Shown piece after piece: positions 1 through 10,868 of a DNA stretch of 64,000 nucleotides. The notes under the pieces are model-generated. The model did not search any database and had not been told where the DNA came from. It saw only the letters and a list, made by a program, of their open reading frames with translations. Numbering within the stretch: the stretch's first letter is position 1; each line of letters opens with the position of its first letter. The translations under genes were made by a program, and so were the position numbers. Where the stretch lies: positions 384,001 through 448,000 of the forward strand of contig CAXXMV010000006.1 in NCBI GenBank assembly GCA_963662285.2, in the 5' to 3' direction. Source of the DNA: a bacterium. GTDB lineage: Bacteria; Hinthialibacterota; Hinthialibacteria; Hinthialibacterales; Hinthialibacteraceae.

Positions 1-567
1 ACCAATACGCGATACCGCGTCTGGGTAAACGGAATCGATCCGCTGGGAAACACTATCGACGGTAAGAATACCAAACTTTTTACCTGGACCGCAGAAGAAT
101 CTATAGAAGAACGCCTGAACTGGCCGGTTCGCGATCTACCGGATCATACATCTGGTCTTCCTGTCTACAATACGGTAGGCGAATTATCCAGTCCAACCGC
201 CATGTCAGTGAAGAGCATCTCTATTCTATTGAGCGATCCAAGTCTGCTTGGACAAAATGATGAATTTAATCCTCTTGAACATCTGGAAATCGATTTACCA
301 TTCCTGGTCTATCGCAAGCGCGTTGATATCGCCGGGCAGCCCTATGTGCAGATCGGCCCGTTGATAGAAACTATTGAGACCGATCCGGCAAGCGGTTTGA
401 TATCCGATCCGCTGATCTATGCGACTTACAACGCGGCGTATTATATGGACTACGTTGGTTTGGTTAAAAACGCATCGTACCGGTATATAGTTGTCGAATT
501 GGACGAAAACGGCGAACTGTCTCTGGTTCGCGGACCGACTGGCGATGTCACCGTCACTTTTGATTGA
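1..567 (+). CDS. 3' part of an uncharacterised protein, truncated by the window edge
   Basis: Frame 1 is open from base 1 (TNTRYRVWVNGIDPLG...) through the 202..567 track ORF to TGA at 565-567. The next gene starts 13 nt later. Confidence 0.8.
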   Translation, partial: TNTRYRVWVNGIDPLGNTIDGKNTKLFTWTAEESIEERLNWPVRDLPDHTSGLPVYNTVGELSSPTAMSVKSISILLSDPSLLGQNDEFNPLEHLEIDLPFLVYRKRVDIAGQPYVQIGPLIETIETDPASGLISDPLIYATYNAAYYMDYVGLVKNASYRYIVVELDENGELSLVRGPTGDVTVTFD

Positions 568-580
568 GGCGAATACAATC

Positions 581-3500
581 ATGAAAACACTCTATGGATT
601 AATGTTCCTCGTTCTCGTACTCACGGCAACGTCTCTTAATGTTGAGGCGAACGCTTCCCGCGTGGCCGTCGGTGATATCAACGGCGACGGCATTGACGAC
701 CTTCTTATAGCAACAACAGATTTTCTGGTTGTGGCCGAAGCCGTAGGCGACGGGACATTCATGCCTGGAGAACGTATAACGCTTGATCCCGGACAACCCA
801 TAGAAGCTTCGTTTATTGAACTGCTAGGAAATGGGCAACTCTTTACCATGGCGGCCTATTCAGACCTGGGCGGCGTGCAGGTCAATAGGGGAAACAACCA
901 GTTTCCCATTCGCAGTTATGGAATGGGAGTGGAACTGAGCCGAATTATTAGAATCCCTCAAACCAGCTCCTCCGATTTGATATTCACTAGTTTTGATACT
1001 TCAGAAAAAGGTATCCTGATTGGCTACAAATCTTCGGAACAACGCTTTGTCGTTATTCATGACCTCGAATATAGTGCGCCGGTTCAGGATGTTGCATTCA
1101 GTACGTTGACTGATAGCGATCTGTATACCCTGGCGGTTTTACACGATCAATATCTTAATATCTACGCTTATGATGCTTCATCCGGCTTCGCAACGCCTGT
1201 AGAGATTCAACTGACGGATAATGAAGCCTCAAAGATTGAGTCTGGATCAATCAATGGCAACGCATTGCCAGACCTTTTGCTTTGGAATCCTGAATCGTCA
1301 ACTGTCTCTACCGTGAGTTGGATTAGCGGATCGAGTTGGAAGACAACACCGTATACGCTGCATACTCCAGTTAGCATACTGGCAGTCGGCGACGTGGATG
1401 GAGACGGTTTCGCCGATCTTCCTTCAATCGCTTCGGCGCAGAATGAAATTATTTTCTATCACAACCAAAACGGCTCTACGTTCGCATCATCCAGTTTGAC
1501 GTTGCCCTTCTCAATGGATGAAAACGAAGAAGCCGCCATTCAGTGCGGAAATTTTTCCACAACCCAAAATGGATTTGTTGTTGTTGCGCCAGACTCAGAC
1601 AGCGGGCCGGAAATCTACTTTGTACCAGTAGATAATGGAAGCATCTCAACCACTGTATCCTCTACCATCTCCACCCCGCCCGAAAAACCCTGCAACTACG
1701 CCAACGTCGTGATCCGCGACGCCTCCAATCCCGAACTGATCTACCGCAGCGAACGCATCCCGGATTGGACTACCGGCGCAACGATTATTACAAACAAACT
1801 ATCCGTGCAGCATGAACAAGATACTGGCTCGGGACTGGCGCTAGCAACTGATATTATAATTTCCGGCATTCATAGTAATATCTGGCCGAGTGAAATTGAG
1901 GTCGTTCCGAATCAGCAAGACGACGACCAATCATTATTCTTCCTCACGCCTTCAATGCCTATTACGTTGCTCAAGACGTTAATTACGCCAACCGGTGGCA
2001 CGCACGGTCGAACCGTTACTCCAGTGCTTGAATCACGGGAAAGCGCTTCGATTTACTATCGTAAAAACGGTGGATCGTGGAAACTTTATGATCCAGATGA
2101 AACTCAAATTTATTTCTACCGAAGCGGCTCGCTCGATGCTTATGCAACTTATGGACCTTTTATCAGTTCGATGGCCTCAGCATCCTATATCGTCGATCAA
2201 CCTTACGACGCCGATTCGGATTACGACGGCCTCCCCGATTTCGTTGAAGAAGCATACGGCCTTAATCCACTTGATGGCGACGTCGACTCGGATGATGATG
2301 GCTGGCGCGACCTGGATGAACTGATTCGGGAGACCGATCCTTTGGATGCCGATTCATTTCCCGCAGATTCTGATATTCCCGATGGAGACGGCTGGTCGGA
2401 TTTCGACGAGACGCTGCGCCAAACCGATCCCGGCGATCCAGAATCTAATCCTACGGTCAGCGGTTTGGAAGTTCCCGAAGCAGTGGTTCCGATAGAAATC
2501 AACGAGTCGGCGCTGAACACTCCCACCGGAGTCGATGGTTCTTCTCTTAAGGCCAAACTGCTTACAGGATATGAAATTGATTCAGCTACATTAGACAATG
2601 CGTCATCCCTGCGCATGAGAGTGGATCATCCCTCGATATCGGGTTATACGGATGGTGATGACGCCGAAATCGTCTTATTGACTTATGTTCCCCGGAAAAC
2701 TTATGATCCTCAAATCGACGGTGATGAATCGACTACTGCGGAAGAATGGATCAAAGCCTACGCAGATGAAATGCATACTTCATTGTTCGAGAAGCGGACG
2801 GCGCTTATGCATGACGCCGAGACGACAGCCGTAGTACTCGCTCTAGCGCGATTTATGGAACAGGCGCTATCGCTTACTGCGCCGAACATAATTTGGACCG
2901 CATCGGGAACCGTTTCGCAAAGTGACATCAACCGCCTTGAACAAACCGTGAACCTGGATGAGGCCGCTTCCTATTTGACCGAACACATCTCCGAAACCTC
3001 ATTGCCCGGCATGGTGCGCGCATATATCGAGTGGGGCAAAACCGAAGATATTCGCGGGACTATCATCGAACGTTTGGCCTGGATTCTGCATGGCTGGACG
3101 CCGGACGAAAGCGATGCGCCAGACGCTCTTCCCGCCAAAACGCTTTCATCCAATCACGCTCAACAACCAGCGGGAATCGATTTCACATCGATTCTTGACG
3201 AGTTGGATACGCTATTTTTGTCGATCCCAACCCTTGAGATAGAATTGGAAGGCGTATTGGCATGGGACGAGAGAGATTTTGTTACCCTCGTTCATGACGG
3301 GATTGCCTATGGATTCAATGATGAAGGAGCGACGCTCTCGACCGGTTCAGAAGTACGTATTAAAGGACGCGTAGTTGTACCGTCTCCCTACAGTGATATC
3401 GTCTGGGTTAAAATGACGGCGCTGGAACAAATCGATAATCCTTTGTTGAGCGTTAACACTATCGACTCTGATAACAATGGCCTTGCAGACCAGTGGGAAG

Positions 3501-3658
3501 CCTTCTATTTCCCTTCCGGCGCATTGCCCACTGACGACCCTGACGAAGACGGTTATACCAATAAGCAGGAATATGATGGTTATTCTGATCCTACCGATGT
3601 GAATTCCATCCCCTCAGCATCCGGTACTCGAATACGCAATTGGTTCTTGTATGAATAG
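581..3658 (+). CDS. Secreted FG-GAP/VCBS-repeat protein with bacterial thrombospondin type-3-like Ca-binding repeats and a C-terminal W-motif tag
   Basis: ATG 581 follows GAGG and opens a signal peptide (MKTLYGLMFLVLVL...VEA). FG-GAP motifs GDINGDGIDDL and GDVDGDGFADL. DSDxDGxxDxxE...TDP repeats. Ends IRNWFLYE. Confidence 0.8.
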   Translation: MKTLYGLMFLVLVLTATSLNVEANASRVAVGDINGDGIDDLLIATTDFLVVAEAVGDGTFMPGERITLDPGQPIEASFIELLGNGQLFTMAAYSDLGGVQVNRGNNQFPIRSYGMGVELSRIIRIPQTSSSDLIFTSFDTSEKGILIGYKSSEQRFVVIHDLEYSAPVQDVAFSTLTDSDLYTLAVLHDQYLNIYAYDASSGFATPVEIQLTDNEASKIESGSINGNALPDLLLWNPESSTVSTVSWISGSSWKTTPYTLHTPVSILAVGDVDGDGFADLPSIASAQNEIIFYHNQNGSTFASSSLTLPFSMDENEEAAIQCGNFSTTQNGFVVVAPDSDSGPEIYFVPVDNGSISTTVSSTISTPPEKPCNYANVVIRDASNPELIYRSERIPDWTTGATIITNKLSVQHEQDTGSGLALATDIIISGIHSNIWPSEIEVVPNQQDDDQSLFFLTPSMPITLLKTLITPTGGTHGRTVTPVLESRESASIYYRKNGGSWKLYDPDETQIYFYRSGSLDAYATYGPFISSMASASYIVDQPYDADSDYDGLPDFVEEAYGLNPLDGDVDSDDDGWRDLDELIRETDPLDADSFPADSDIPDGDGWSDFDETLRQTDPGDPESNPTVSGLEVPEAVVPIEINESALNTPTGVDGSSLKAKLLTGYEIDSATLDNASSLRMRVDHPSISGYTDGDDAEIVLLTYVPRKTYDPQIDGDESTTAEEWIKAYADEMHTSLFEKRTALMHDAETTAVVLALARFMEQALSLTAPNIIWTASGTVSQSDINRLEQTVNLDEAASYLTEHISETSLPGMVRAYIEWGKTEDIRGTIIERLAWILHGWTPDESDAPDALPAKTLSSNHAQQPAGIDFTSILDELDTLFLSIPTLEIELEGVLAWDERDFVTLVHDGIAYGFNDEGATLSTGSEVRIKGRVVVPSPYSDIVWVKMTALEQIDNPLLSVNTIDSDNNGLADQWEAFYFPSGALPTDDPDEDGYTNKQEYDGYSDPTDVNSIPSASGTRIRNWFLYE

Positions 3659-3732
3659 ATAAATAGCCGTTTGTTATCATATTTGTCTTAGAAAAAGCCA
3701 ATCACTGAACTTTCCCCCTGGAGATTTGTATT

Positions 3733-5577
3733 ATGAAGATGGCGGCGCTCTCACGTATCTTGATTATCCTCATTGTCTCATTTGGTTTTTGCATAACCTC
3801 ATACGCTTCAGACTGGCGTGATATCGAGAACGGTTGGGAAATCCCAACCGAGTTTTACGCCGATCAGCCTTATATAGTTAAGACCAATGACGGCGCGTGG
3901 CTCTGCATCATGACTACCGGCGCCGGGCATGAAGGTCAGAGCGGCCAGCATGTCATCACCATGCGCAGCACCGACCGGGGCAAGACCTGGGCGCCGCCAG
4001 TGGATGTTGAACCAGCTCAAGGACCTGAAGCATCCTACGCGGTTTTGCTCAAAGTTCCCTATGGTAGAATCTACGCTTTCTATAATCACAACACCGATAA
4101 CCTGCGCCAGGTTAAAGCCGACAATCCCCCATATAAAGATGGCTATTGTCAACGGGTTGATAGCCTGGGATATTTCGTCTTCAAGTACAGCGATGATAAT
4201 GGAAACTCATGGTCAAAACAGCGCTATGCAATACCTGTGCGAGAGATGGAGATCGACCGCCAAAATCCATATCAAGGCGCAGTGCGTTTTTTCTGGAACG
4301 TGGGTAAGGCGTTTTCACATGTTGGTTCAGGATTCGTTCCACTACACAAGGTGGGAGGTTTCGGTAGGAATTTCTTCACCCGCAACGAAGGCGTATTGTT
4401 ACGCAGTCCTAATATTCTGATAGAACGTGATCCTCAAAAAATTGAATGGGAAACATTACCTGAAGGCGACATCGGTCTGCGCACCCCGCCGGGCGGCGGC
4501 CCCATATCGGCTGAACAAAGTTTTTCGATTCTAAGCGACGGTTCGTTCTACTGCGTATACCGCTCGGTTGACGGACATTCAGTATTCACTTATAGCCGCG
4601 ACCAGGGTCGCAGTTGGGATACTCCACAATACAAGCGATATGCTGACGGAAGTTTGATGAAACATCCCCGCGCCGCCAATTTCGCCTGGAAATGCTCCAA
4701 TGGAAAGTACCTCTACTGGTTTCATAACCACGGCGGTCGATCATACGATGACCGCAACCCGGTCTGGTTATGCGGCGGGGTAGAGAACGATTCACCTCAA
4801 GGCCGCATCATCCAATGGTCGCAGCCTGAGATCATTCTCTATGATGACGATCCAGCTGTGCGCATGAGTTATCCCGATCTGGTTGAGGAAGACGGCCAAT
4901 ATTTCCTGACCGAAACTCAGAAGACCATTGCGCGGGTGCACCAGATCGATCCGGAATTACTGAATGCCCTATGGCGCCAATTCGATGAGCGTCGCATTAT
5001 TACTGATGGGCTGATACTCGATCTGCCAAACCAAACGGCCATAATACCCGGCGAAACCCAGGCGCCGGAACTGCCTAATCTGATTTCACAAAACACCAAG
5101 AGACCCGAACCGGATACATTTCCTATAAACAACGGTTTTTCAATCGTTTTTTGGGTGCGGTTTAATTCGTTGAAGCCAGGCATGATCATCGCCAGCAACC
5201 AGACCGATGCAGGTCAAGGATTCTGCCTGCAAACCACAAACCGCCAAACCATAGAACTGGTATTGAACGATGGCCGAACTGAAAATAGCTGGGACTGCGA
5301 TCCTGGATTACTCAAGCAAAACAAACTACATCATATAGCCGTCATTATCGACGGCGGCCCCAAAATAATCACTTTCATCATTGATGGTAAACTATGCGAC
5401 GGTGCGTCATCACGCCAGTTCGGCTGGGGGCGCTTCAATCCCAACCTGCGTTCAGCACACGGCGGCGATATGCTGCGCTTGTCTAGCAACTTTGATGGGA
5501 ACATAAAAAAATTCCGTATCTACAACCGGCGCCTGCTTACCTCAGAAGCCATCAGCAATTACCGGGCGGGGCTATAA
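3733..5577 (+). CDS. BNR/Asp-box (sialidase-like) beta-propeller protein with a C-terminal LamG/ConA-like domain
   Basis: Signal peptide. Asp-boxes STDRGKTW, SDDNGNSW, SRDQGRSW. C-terminal FSIVFW...HHIAV..DG...FDGNIKKFRIYNRRL LamG signature. Confidence 0.8.
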   Translation: MKMAALSRILIILIVSFGFCITSYASDWRDIENGWEIPTEFYADQPYIVKTNDGAWLCIMTTGAGHEGQSGQHVITMRSTDRGKTWAPPVDVEPAQGPEASYAVLLKVPYGRIYAFYNHNTDNLRQVKADNPPYKDGYCQRVDSLGYFVFKYSDDNGNSWSKQRYAIPVREMEIDRQNPYQGAVRFFWNVGKAFSHVGSGFVPLHKVGGFGRNFFTRNEGVLLRSPNILIERDPQKIEWETLPEGDIGLRTPPGGGPISAEQSFSILSDGSFYCVYRSVDGHSVFTYSRDQGRSWDTPQYKRYADGSLMKHPRAANFAWKCSNGKYLYWFHNHGGRSYDDRNPVWLCGGVENDSPQGRIIQWSQPEIILYDDDPAVRMSYPDLVEEDGQYFLTETQKTIARVHQIDPELLNALWRQFDERRIITDGLILDLPNQTAIIPGETQAPELPNLISQNTKRPEPDTFPINNGFSIVFWVRFNSLKPGMIIASNQTDAGQGFCLQTTNRQTIELVLNDGRTENSWDCDPGLLKQNKLHHIAVIIDGGPKIITFIIDGKLCDGASSRQFGWGRFNPNLRSAHGGDMLRLSSNFDGNIKKFRIYNRRLLTSEAISNYRAGL

Positions 5578-5611
5578 AACTAAACTCTTCGTCATAACAA
5601 CAGCAGCCATA

Positions 5612-8600
5612 TCACGCCTGAGGTTTTGATATCCGGTACATTATCACATATAACAAAGGCACAATGATTAAGGTAAGCACAGTTGCAAAAGTCAAACCAA
5701 ACATAATAGCGACTGCCATAGAATCGAAAAAGCCATCAGATACTAACGGGATCATAGCCAATACCGTCGTCATCGATGCCATCATAACCGGTCGCATACG
5801 ACTGATACAAGAGTGAATCACCGCTTCATAGGGTTCCTTGCCCTCACGGATTTCCACACCGATTTGATCTAAAAGAACAATGGCGTTTTTGATAAGCATA
5901 CCTATTAAACTTAATGCGCCTAACAACGCCAGAAATCCAAATGTTTTGCCGGTTATCAACAAGCCCAATGATACGCCAATGAATGATAAAGGTAAAATCA
6001 ATAATATAATAAACGGCGGCCTAAAAGCATTGAATAATCCAACAATAACCAACGCAATTAATATCATCGATATCGGCAGTTGTTGAAACAAAATTGACTG
6101 AGCCTCATTGGAATCTTCCGACTCTCCAGCCCATTCCATCGTATAACCTGAAGGTACAGGGATTGCTTCAATTTGCGATTTGACGGATGATTCCAAATTT
6201 ACGGCATTACCATCAACTGGCTCCGCTTGAGCCTTTATAGTCAAACGGCGGTTAAGGCGTCGAATAATCGGGTCTTCCCATTGCACTTTGATATCATCGA
6301 CGACTTGCAGCAATGGCGTACTAACCGAACCATATCCGTATACCGGAATATCACCGATATTCTCCACGGCAAGTTTTTCATCTTCCGGCGCCTTTAACAG
6401 AATTGGCATCAGTTCATCGTTCTCGCGATAATTTCCAATAGGAATTCCATCAGTAATACGACGCAATGACATGGCGATATCCTGACGCGTGACATAAGCT
6501 CGTCTGGCGCGGGCTTGAGAATATAGCGGCGCAACGATTTTCACCCGTTGACGCCAGTCGTCGCGTACTTCCTTGGCATTAGGATCAGATTTCATGATCA
6601 CTTTGGCCTGGTCGCAAAGTTCTCTCAACACATCTGCATCGGGGCCGCTGAAACGCGCTTCAACCTTAAACGAAACCGACGGACCAAGCGGAAACAATCG
6701 CACCCGAGGCTCAGCTTGGGGAAAACTGACTGATATATAATCCTCTACCTTATCAACTAAATCAAAAACCTCTTCAGGCGTCTCAACATTTACCAGAATC
6801 TGACCATAACTGTTGTTGGGTAGTTCCGGCTCATAGGGCAAGTAAAAACGGGGAGGTCCAGAACCGATGCAAGTGGCAGTGCTGACAATATCAGGAATCC
6901 CGGACAAATGCTTTTCAATCTCTCTTAAGTCTTCTGATACAGCATGAATACTCGATCCTTCCGGCAGCCAATAATCTATAATAAACTGAGTACGGGTCGA
7001 TTTAGGGAAAAACATCTGATCAACATACTGAAACGAATACATCGCGCTGAAAAATATCACCAGAATCAATGCAATAGTTGTTATGCGCCAGCGTAGCGCC
7101 ATTTCCAGAATAGCCTGATACCAACGAAATATCCTGCCCGCATAGGGATCAACGCCTTTTTTTGATTCTTTAACTTTAAGAAACATCTCGCAAAAAACCG
7201 GAGTTTGCACCATGGCCAAAACCCAACTTATAGCCAATGAGATAGCAACTACCTTAAATAAATCTGAACAATAATCTCCAACATTATTGGGCGAAATATA
7301 AATCGGGAGAAACGCGAAAATTGCAATCAAAGTAGCGCCCAGCAGAGGCATTCCGGTATCTTTAGCCGGTTGAGTAACAGCTTTTTTGGGAGATTCGCCA
7401 TTCTGCAAGCGGATCAAGGCGCCTTCAGTTATAACAATGGCGTTATCCACCAGCATTCCCATGGCGATAATAAGCGAACCCAATGAGGTGCGATGAAGAT
7501 CAATTTTCAAAAGCAGCATAACTATGAAGGTGGCGAGGATGGTGAAAATCAATCCTCCCCCGATCAATAATCCACTACGAACTCCCATAGTCAACAACAA
7601 GACAACCACGCAGATAATGACTGATTCTATAAGGTTAACTATAAAATCATCAATCGCTCTTTGAACATCGTCGGATTGAAACGAGACTACGCCTATGTCC
7701 AATCCATGCGGAAAACTTTCCATCAGTTCTTCCAAATGATGATGAACCGCTTCCCCCATGTGAATGACATTACCGCCGGATACGGTTGATACGGCAAAGC
7801 CGATTGCGTTTTTACCGTTGAATCGCATCATAGAAAAGGGGGGATCAACGTATCCCTTGGTTATCTTGGCCACATCGCGCATCAGAATCAGATTATCAGG
7901 CGCGCTGCCCCGGATAACCAGGTCGCCAATCTCATCAATCGACTGAAATAAGCCGGTCGGCGTCAAACGGATTCTTTCCGAACCGACTGTCAAAGAACCG
8001 GCATCCACTATCTGATTCTGTCCCTGTAATGTTTCAACTATCTGTCCTGGATTAACTCCCAGATCGGCCAACCGTTCGTTGGAAATTTCTAAATTTACGC
8101 ACTCTTGCTGATCGCCCCACATCTCCACCCGCGCCACATCATCAACTAATAATAATTCTCTTTGGATGATATTGACGTAATCTTTCATCTCGGCAGTAGA
8201 AAATCCATCTCCCGTCAATGCCAGGAAGACACCGTAGACATCGCCAAAATCATCATATACGATTGGCGGATATGATCCGTCGGGTAGAGTAGACTGTGCT
8301 TCTAATACTTTACGGCGCAATTCATCCCAGATTTGAGGCAGTTTACGGCTGGGGATCGATTCCTTGATGTCGGCGTACACATAGGATAATCCCGCTTTAG
8401 AAATCGAGCGGACTTCATCCAGCGCCCCGAGTTTTTGCACCGCTTTTTCGATTTCATCGGTTACCTGCTCTTCCACTTCTTTAGGCGAGGCGCCGGGATA
8501 TGCAGTGACAATCAACGCTGTCTTTATTGTAAATTCAGGGTCTTCTAATTTTCCCAATTTTGAATAAGACATCAAACCTGCAACCACTAACAAGCAGGAT

Positions 8601-8650
8601 ATGAAGATAATAAATACTCGGTTGTTTATAGAATATTCGGCCAAAAACAT
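5612..8650 (-). CDS. RND efflux permease, AcrB/AcrD/AcrF family
   Basis: About 1010 aa. TAYPGASPKEVEEQVT, GMLVDNAIV, IKNAIVL and RMRPVMM motifs. ATG 8650 with GGGAGA RBS is preferred over the track start at 8665. Confidence 0.95.
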   Translation of the reverse strand: MFLAEYSINNRVFIIFISCLLVVAGLMSYSKLGKLEDPEFTIKTALIVTAYPGASPKEVEEQVTDEIEKAVQKLGALDEVRSISKAGLSYVYADIKESIPSRKLPQIWDELRRKVLEAQSTLPDGSYPPIVYDDFGDVYGVFLALTGDGFSTAEMKDYVNIIQRELLLVDDVARVEMWGDQQECVNLEISNERLADLGVNPGQIVETLQGQNQIVDAGSLTVGSERIRLTPTGLFQSIDEIGDLVIRGSAPDNLILMRDVAKITKGYVDPPFSMMRFNGKNAIGFAVSTVSGGNVIHMGEAVHHHLEELMESFPHGLDIGVVSFQSDDVQRAIDDFIVNLIESVIICVVVLLLTMGVRSGLLIGGGLIFTILATFIVMLLLKIDLHRTSLGSLIIAMGMLVDNAIVITEGALIRLQNGESPKKAVTQPAKDTGMPLLGATLIAIFAFLPIYISPNNVGDYCSDLFKVVAISLAISWVLAMVQTPVFCEMFLKVKESKKGVDPYAGRIFRWYQAILEMALRWRITTIALILVIFFSAMYSFQYVDQMFFPKSTRTQFIIDYWLPEGSSIHAVSEDLREIEKHLSGIPDIVSTATCIGSGPPRFYLPYEPELPNNSYGQILVNVETPEEVFDLVDKVEDYISVSFPQAEPRVRLFPLGPSVSFKVEARFSGPDADVLRELCDQAKVIMKSDPNAKEVRDDWRQRVKIVAPLYSQARARRAYVTRQDIAMSLRRITDGIPIGNYRENDELMPILLKAPEDEKLAVENIGDIPVYGYGSVSTPLLQVVDDIKVQWEDPIIRRLNRRLTIKAQAEPVDGNAVNLESSVKSQIEAIPVPSGYTMEWAGESEDSNEAQSILFQQLPISMILIALVIVGLFNAFRPPFIILLILPLSFIGVSLGLLITGKTFGFLALLGALSLIGMLIKNAIVLLDQIGVEIREGKEPYEAVIHSCISRMRPVMMASMTTVLAMIPLVSDGFFDSMAVAIMFGLTFATVLTLIIVPLLYVIMYRISKPQA

Positions 8651-8728
8651 GAAAAATTCTCCCACGCATTGCAGAAAGAATATGCTCTCTGCATGTCGAA
8701 ACTGATTAACTTGAAACGCTCCAGGATT

Positions 8729-10015
8729 TTATTGCGTTATGATTTGAGCGACTTTCTGGTTCTCATCTAAAAAATTCGCGCCGGCGGTGACTACCCATTC
8801 ACCAACCTTTAGCCCTTTGATAATTTCGATGCTGCCTTTCATCAGTTGCTTAATGGTGACCGGCCTTTTTGTGACGCGCTGTGAAGCGGTATCAAGCACC
8901 CAGGCATAACGGTTATCACCCTTGTCGCTGACCACTGCTTCCACTGGAAGGATAAATGAAGATTCAGCATCACTGCCTTCAATAGAAATCACGACCGAAG
9001 CCGCCATACCGGGCCGCACCGCCATATTGTCTTCCGGCTTGAATTGCACAGTGAGAGGATAACTCTGGGTTAACTGATCCGGTTTTCGCCCAAGTTCCTT
9101 CAATGAACTTTCAGTCTGGACGCCGGGGAATACATCAAACTCACAATGATATTTGCTGAATTTATGCTGTTGAGTTAATAATTCTTCTGGAATGCCTACC
9201 GTAACTTCAAGTGAAGAACAATCCAGAATTGATACTATGGGTTGCCCATGTTCAATTGATTCAAAATTCTCTACAAATTTCTGCGCGATATATCCATCGA
9301 ATGGAGCGCATAAAGCGGTGTCCAGCAAAGCGTTCTTAGCATCCGCCAGATTGGTATTCAACATTTCAATCTGCTTTTCCATGGCTTCAATATCCTCGCT
9401 ACGGGCGCCATTATGAGCCTTCTCTAACTCTTTATCGATCTGTCCCATCGAAGCGGTCAGCATGTCATAACTGCTTTTCACCCGGTCATAATCAGCTGTT
9501 GGAACCATTTTTTGTTTCAACAGAGCCTCGTGCCTCTCATACTGGGCTTTGGCGTTTATCAAACTGGCATTGATCGAAGCGCGTTGAGCTTTGAGAACAT
9601 CAATATCTTCTTGACGCGCTCCCCGGCGCATGGCCTTCAAATTGGCTTGCGTGCTGGCCAGAGTGGCTTCAATTCGGGATACGCTGATCTCGAAATCTCG
9701 CGGATCCACTTTGGCAATCACATCGCCTTTTCGGAAAAATTGGCCTATCTTTACGTCATATTCAACAATCGGACCGTCAATCCTAAATGCGAGTTTACTC
9801 TCCCGGTTAGCTTTTACGCATCCGGGAAATTTGCGCACCGTTGACGCATGAGGTTGTTTTAATTGCATGGTTTTTACCGGGCGAAGAGTTTCCACATAGG
9901 TAATTTCTTCTGCACCGGAATTCTTACTGGAACCCACCAGATGCATACCTGCTAAACAGACAACAACTATCACTACCGCAGCCGTAAGGATTTTGAATAC
10001 TCTATAGCGCTTCAT
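8729..10015 (-). CDS. RND efflux membrane fusion (periplasmic adaptor) protein
   Basis: N-terminal TM helix, lipoyl half-motifs (LAFRIDG; APFDGYI), long coiled coil, RPGM and GLKVGEWVVTAG. Adjacent to the RND gene. Confidence 0.93.
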   Translation of the reverse strand: MKRYRVFKILTAAVVIVVVCLAGMHLVGSSKNSGAEEITYVETLRPVKTMQLKQPHASTVRKFPGCVKANRESKLAFRIDGPIVEYDVKIGQFFRKGDVIAKVDPRDFEISVSRIEATLASTQANLKAMRRGARQEDIDVLKAQRASINASLINAKAQYERHEALLKQKMVPTADYDRVKSSYDMLTASMGQIDKELEKAHNGARSEDIEAMEKQIEMLNTNLADAKNALLDTALCAPFDGYIAQKFVENFESIEHGQPIVSILDCSSLEVTVGIPEELLTQQHKFSKYHCEFDVFPGVQTESSLKELGRKPDQLTQSYPLTVQFKPEDNMAVRPGMAASVVISIEGSDAESSFILPVEAVVSDKGDNRYAWVLDTASQRVTKRPVTIKQLMKGSIEIIKGLKVGEWVVTAGANFLDENQKVAQIITQ

Positions 10016-10054
10016 TTTTTCCTCTTTTATTATCTATTGAAATTATTCTTTGTG

Positions 10055-10717
10055 TTATTTAATTAGTGAAGCAAAATCAGGTTCGGGCAATCCCAAAGGA
10101 ATTATCAAATTTCTGGTAATTTGATGTATCACTCCTTCAATATAGTCGTGCGAATAACTTTCCATATTCCGTGATTTCAAAATGAGTTGCTTGGCTAATG
10201 CCATGAATTGTATTTGACCAAACATCGTTGTGGTAAAAATCTCAGGCTTAAACTCTATTTCTTTCGACACCTTTTCAAGCAATCTGTCTTCAAATTTTTC
10301 CATGGCTAAATGGCCTTCGAGAAGGACGTCTATTGAGCCATGAGTGGATTCGAGCATAGCCCGTGCGAATAATTCGCCATACCAGTTAGGACTTTCCGTA
10401 TCCAGAAAAGCTAGCGCCATTTTTCTAATCATCAGAGCAAGTTGGTCAGAGGTTTGTTGATCTGTGCTTAATTCCGCCTCAGCAAATTCCATGAAGATTT
10501 CTGCAATTTTAATTTTCTCATTCATCGCATAACGAATGGTTTCCAGATACAAGTTCTCTTTACCGCCAAAGTAGTAAGTAACCGAAGACAAAGTTGCATT
10601 AGCATCTTTAATGATGTCCCGTATGCTTGTTCCATCAAAACCGTTATGCGCGAATAGTTTGATAGATGCATCGAGCAGGTTTTCACGAACATTTTTATCT
10701 TTAATAACAGGCGACAT
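10055..10717 (-). CDS. TetR/AcrR family transcriptional regulator
   Basis: LLDASIKLFAHNGFDGTSIRDI...VTYYFGGKENLY HTH. ATG 10717 has AAGGAG RBS at 10725-10730. The track start (10780) lies inside the promoter. Confidence 0.93.
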   Translation of the reverse strand: MSPVIKDKNVRENLLDASIKLFAHNGFDGTSIRDIIKDANATLSSVTYYFGGKENLYLETIRYAMNEKIKIAEIFMEFAEAELSTDQQTSDQLALMIRKMALAFLDTESPNWYGELFARAMLESTHGSIDVLLEGHLAMEKFEDRLLEKVSKEIEFKPEIFTTTMFGQIQFMALAKQLILKSRNMESYSHDYIEGVIHQITRNLIIPLGLPEPDFASLIK

Positions 10718-10752
10718 CGGTTTTCTCCTTAAATCTCGCAATATTCCACTCT

Positions 10753-10799
10753 CAAACGAACGTTTGTTATAATTATACATACAAACGTTCGTTTGTCAA
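10753..10799 (-). promoter_or_regulatory. Consensus sigma70 promoter overlapped by a twin palindromic operator (probable TetR site)
   Basis: Minus strand TTGACA (10799-10794), 16 nt, TATAAT (10777-10772). Perfect 15-bp inverted repeat CAAACGAACGTTTGT (10753-10767) / ACAAACGTTCGTTTG (10781-10795). Confidence 0.85.
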
Positions 10800-10868
10800 C
10801 TTGAATTTACTACAATTTTTGCGGTTCCAAACAGTTTTTTTGGAGGCGCTAATATTGAAATAATACTA

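Noticed and set aside
5612-10717. Missing TolC-type outer-membrane factor as a novel efflux architecture
   Set aside because: TetR-MFP-RND operons commonly use an OMF encoded elsewhere.
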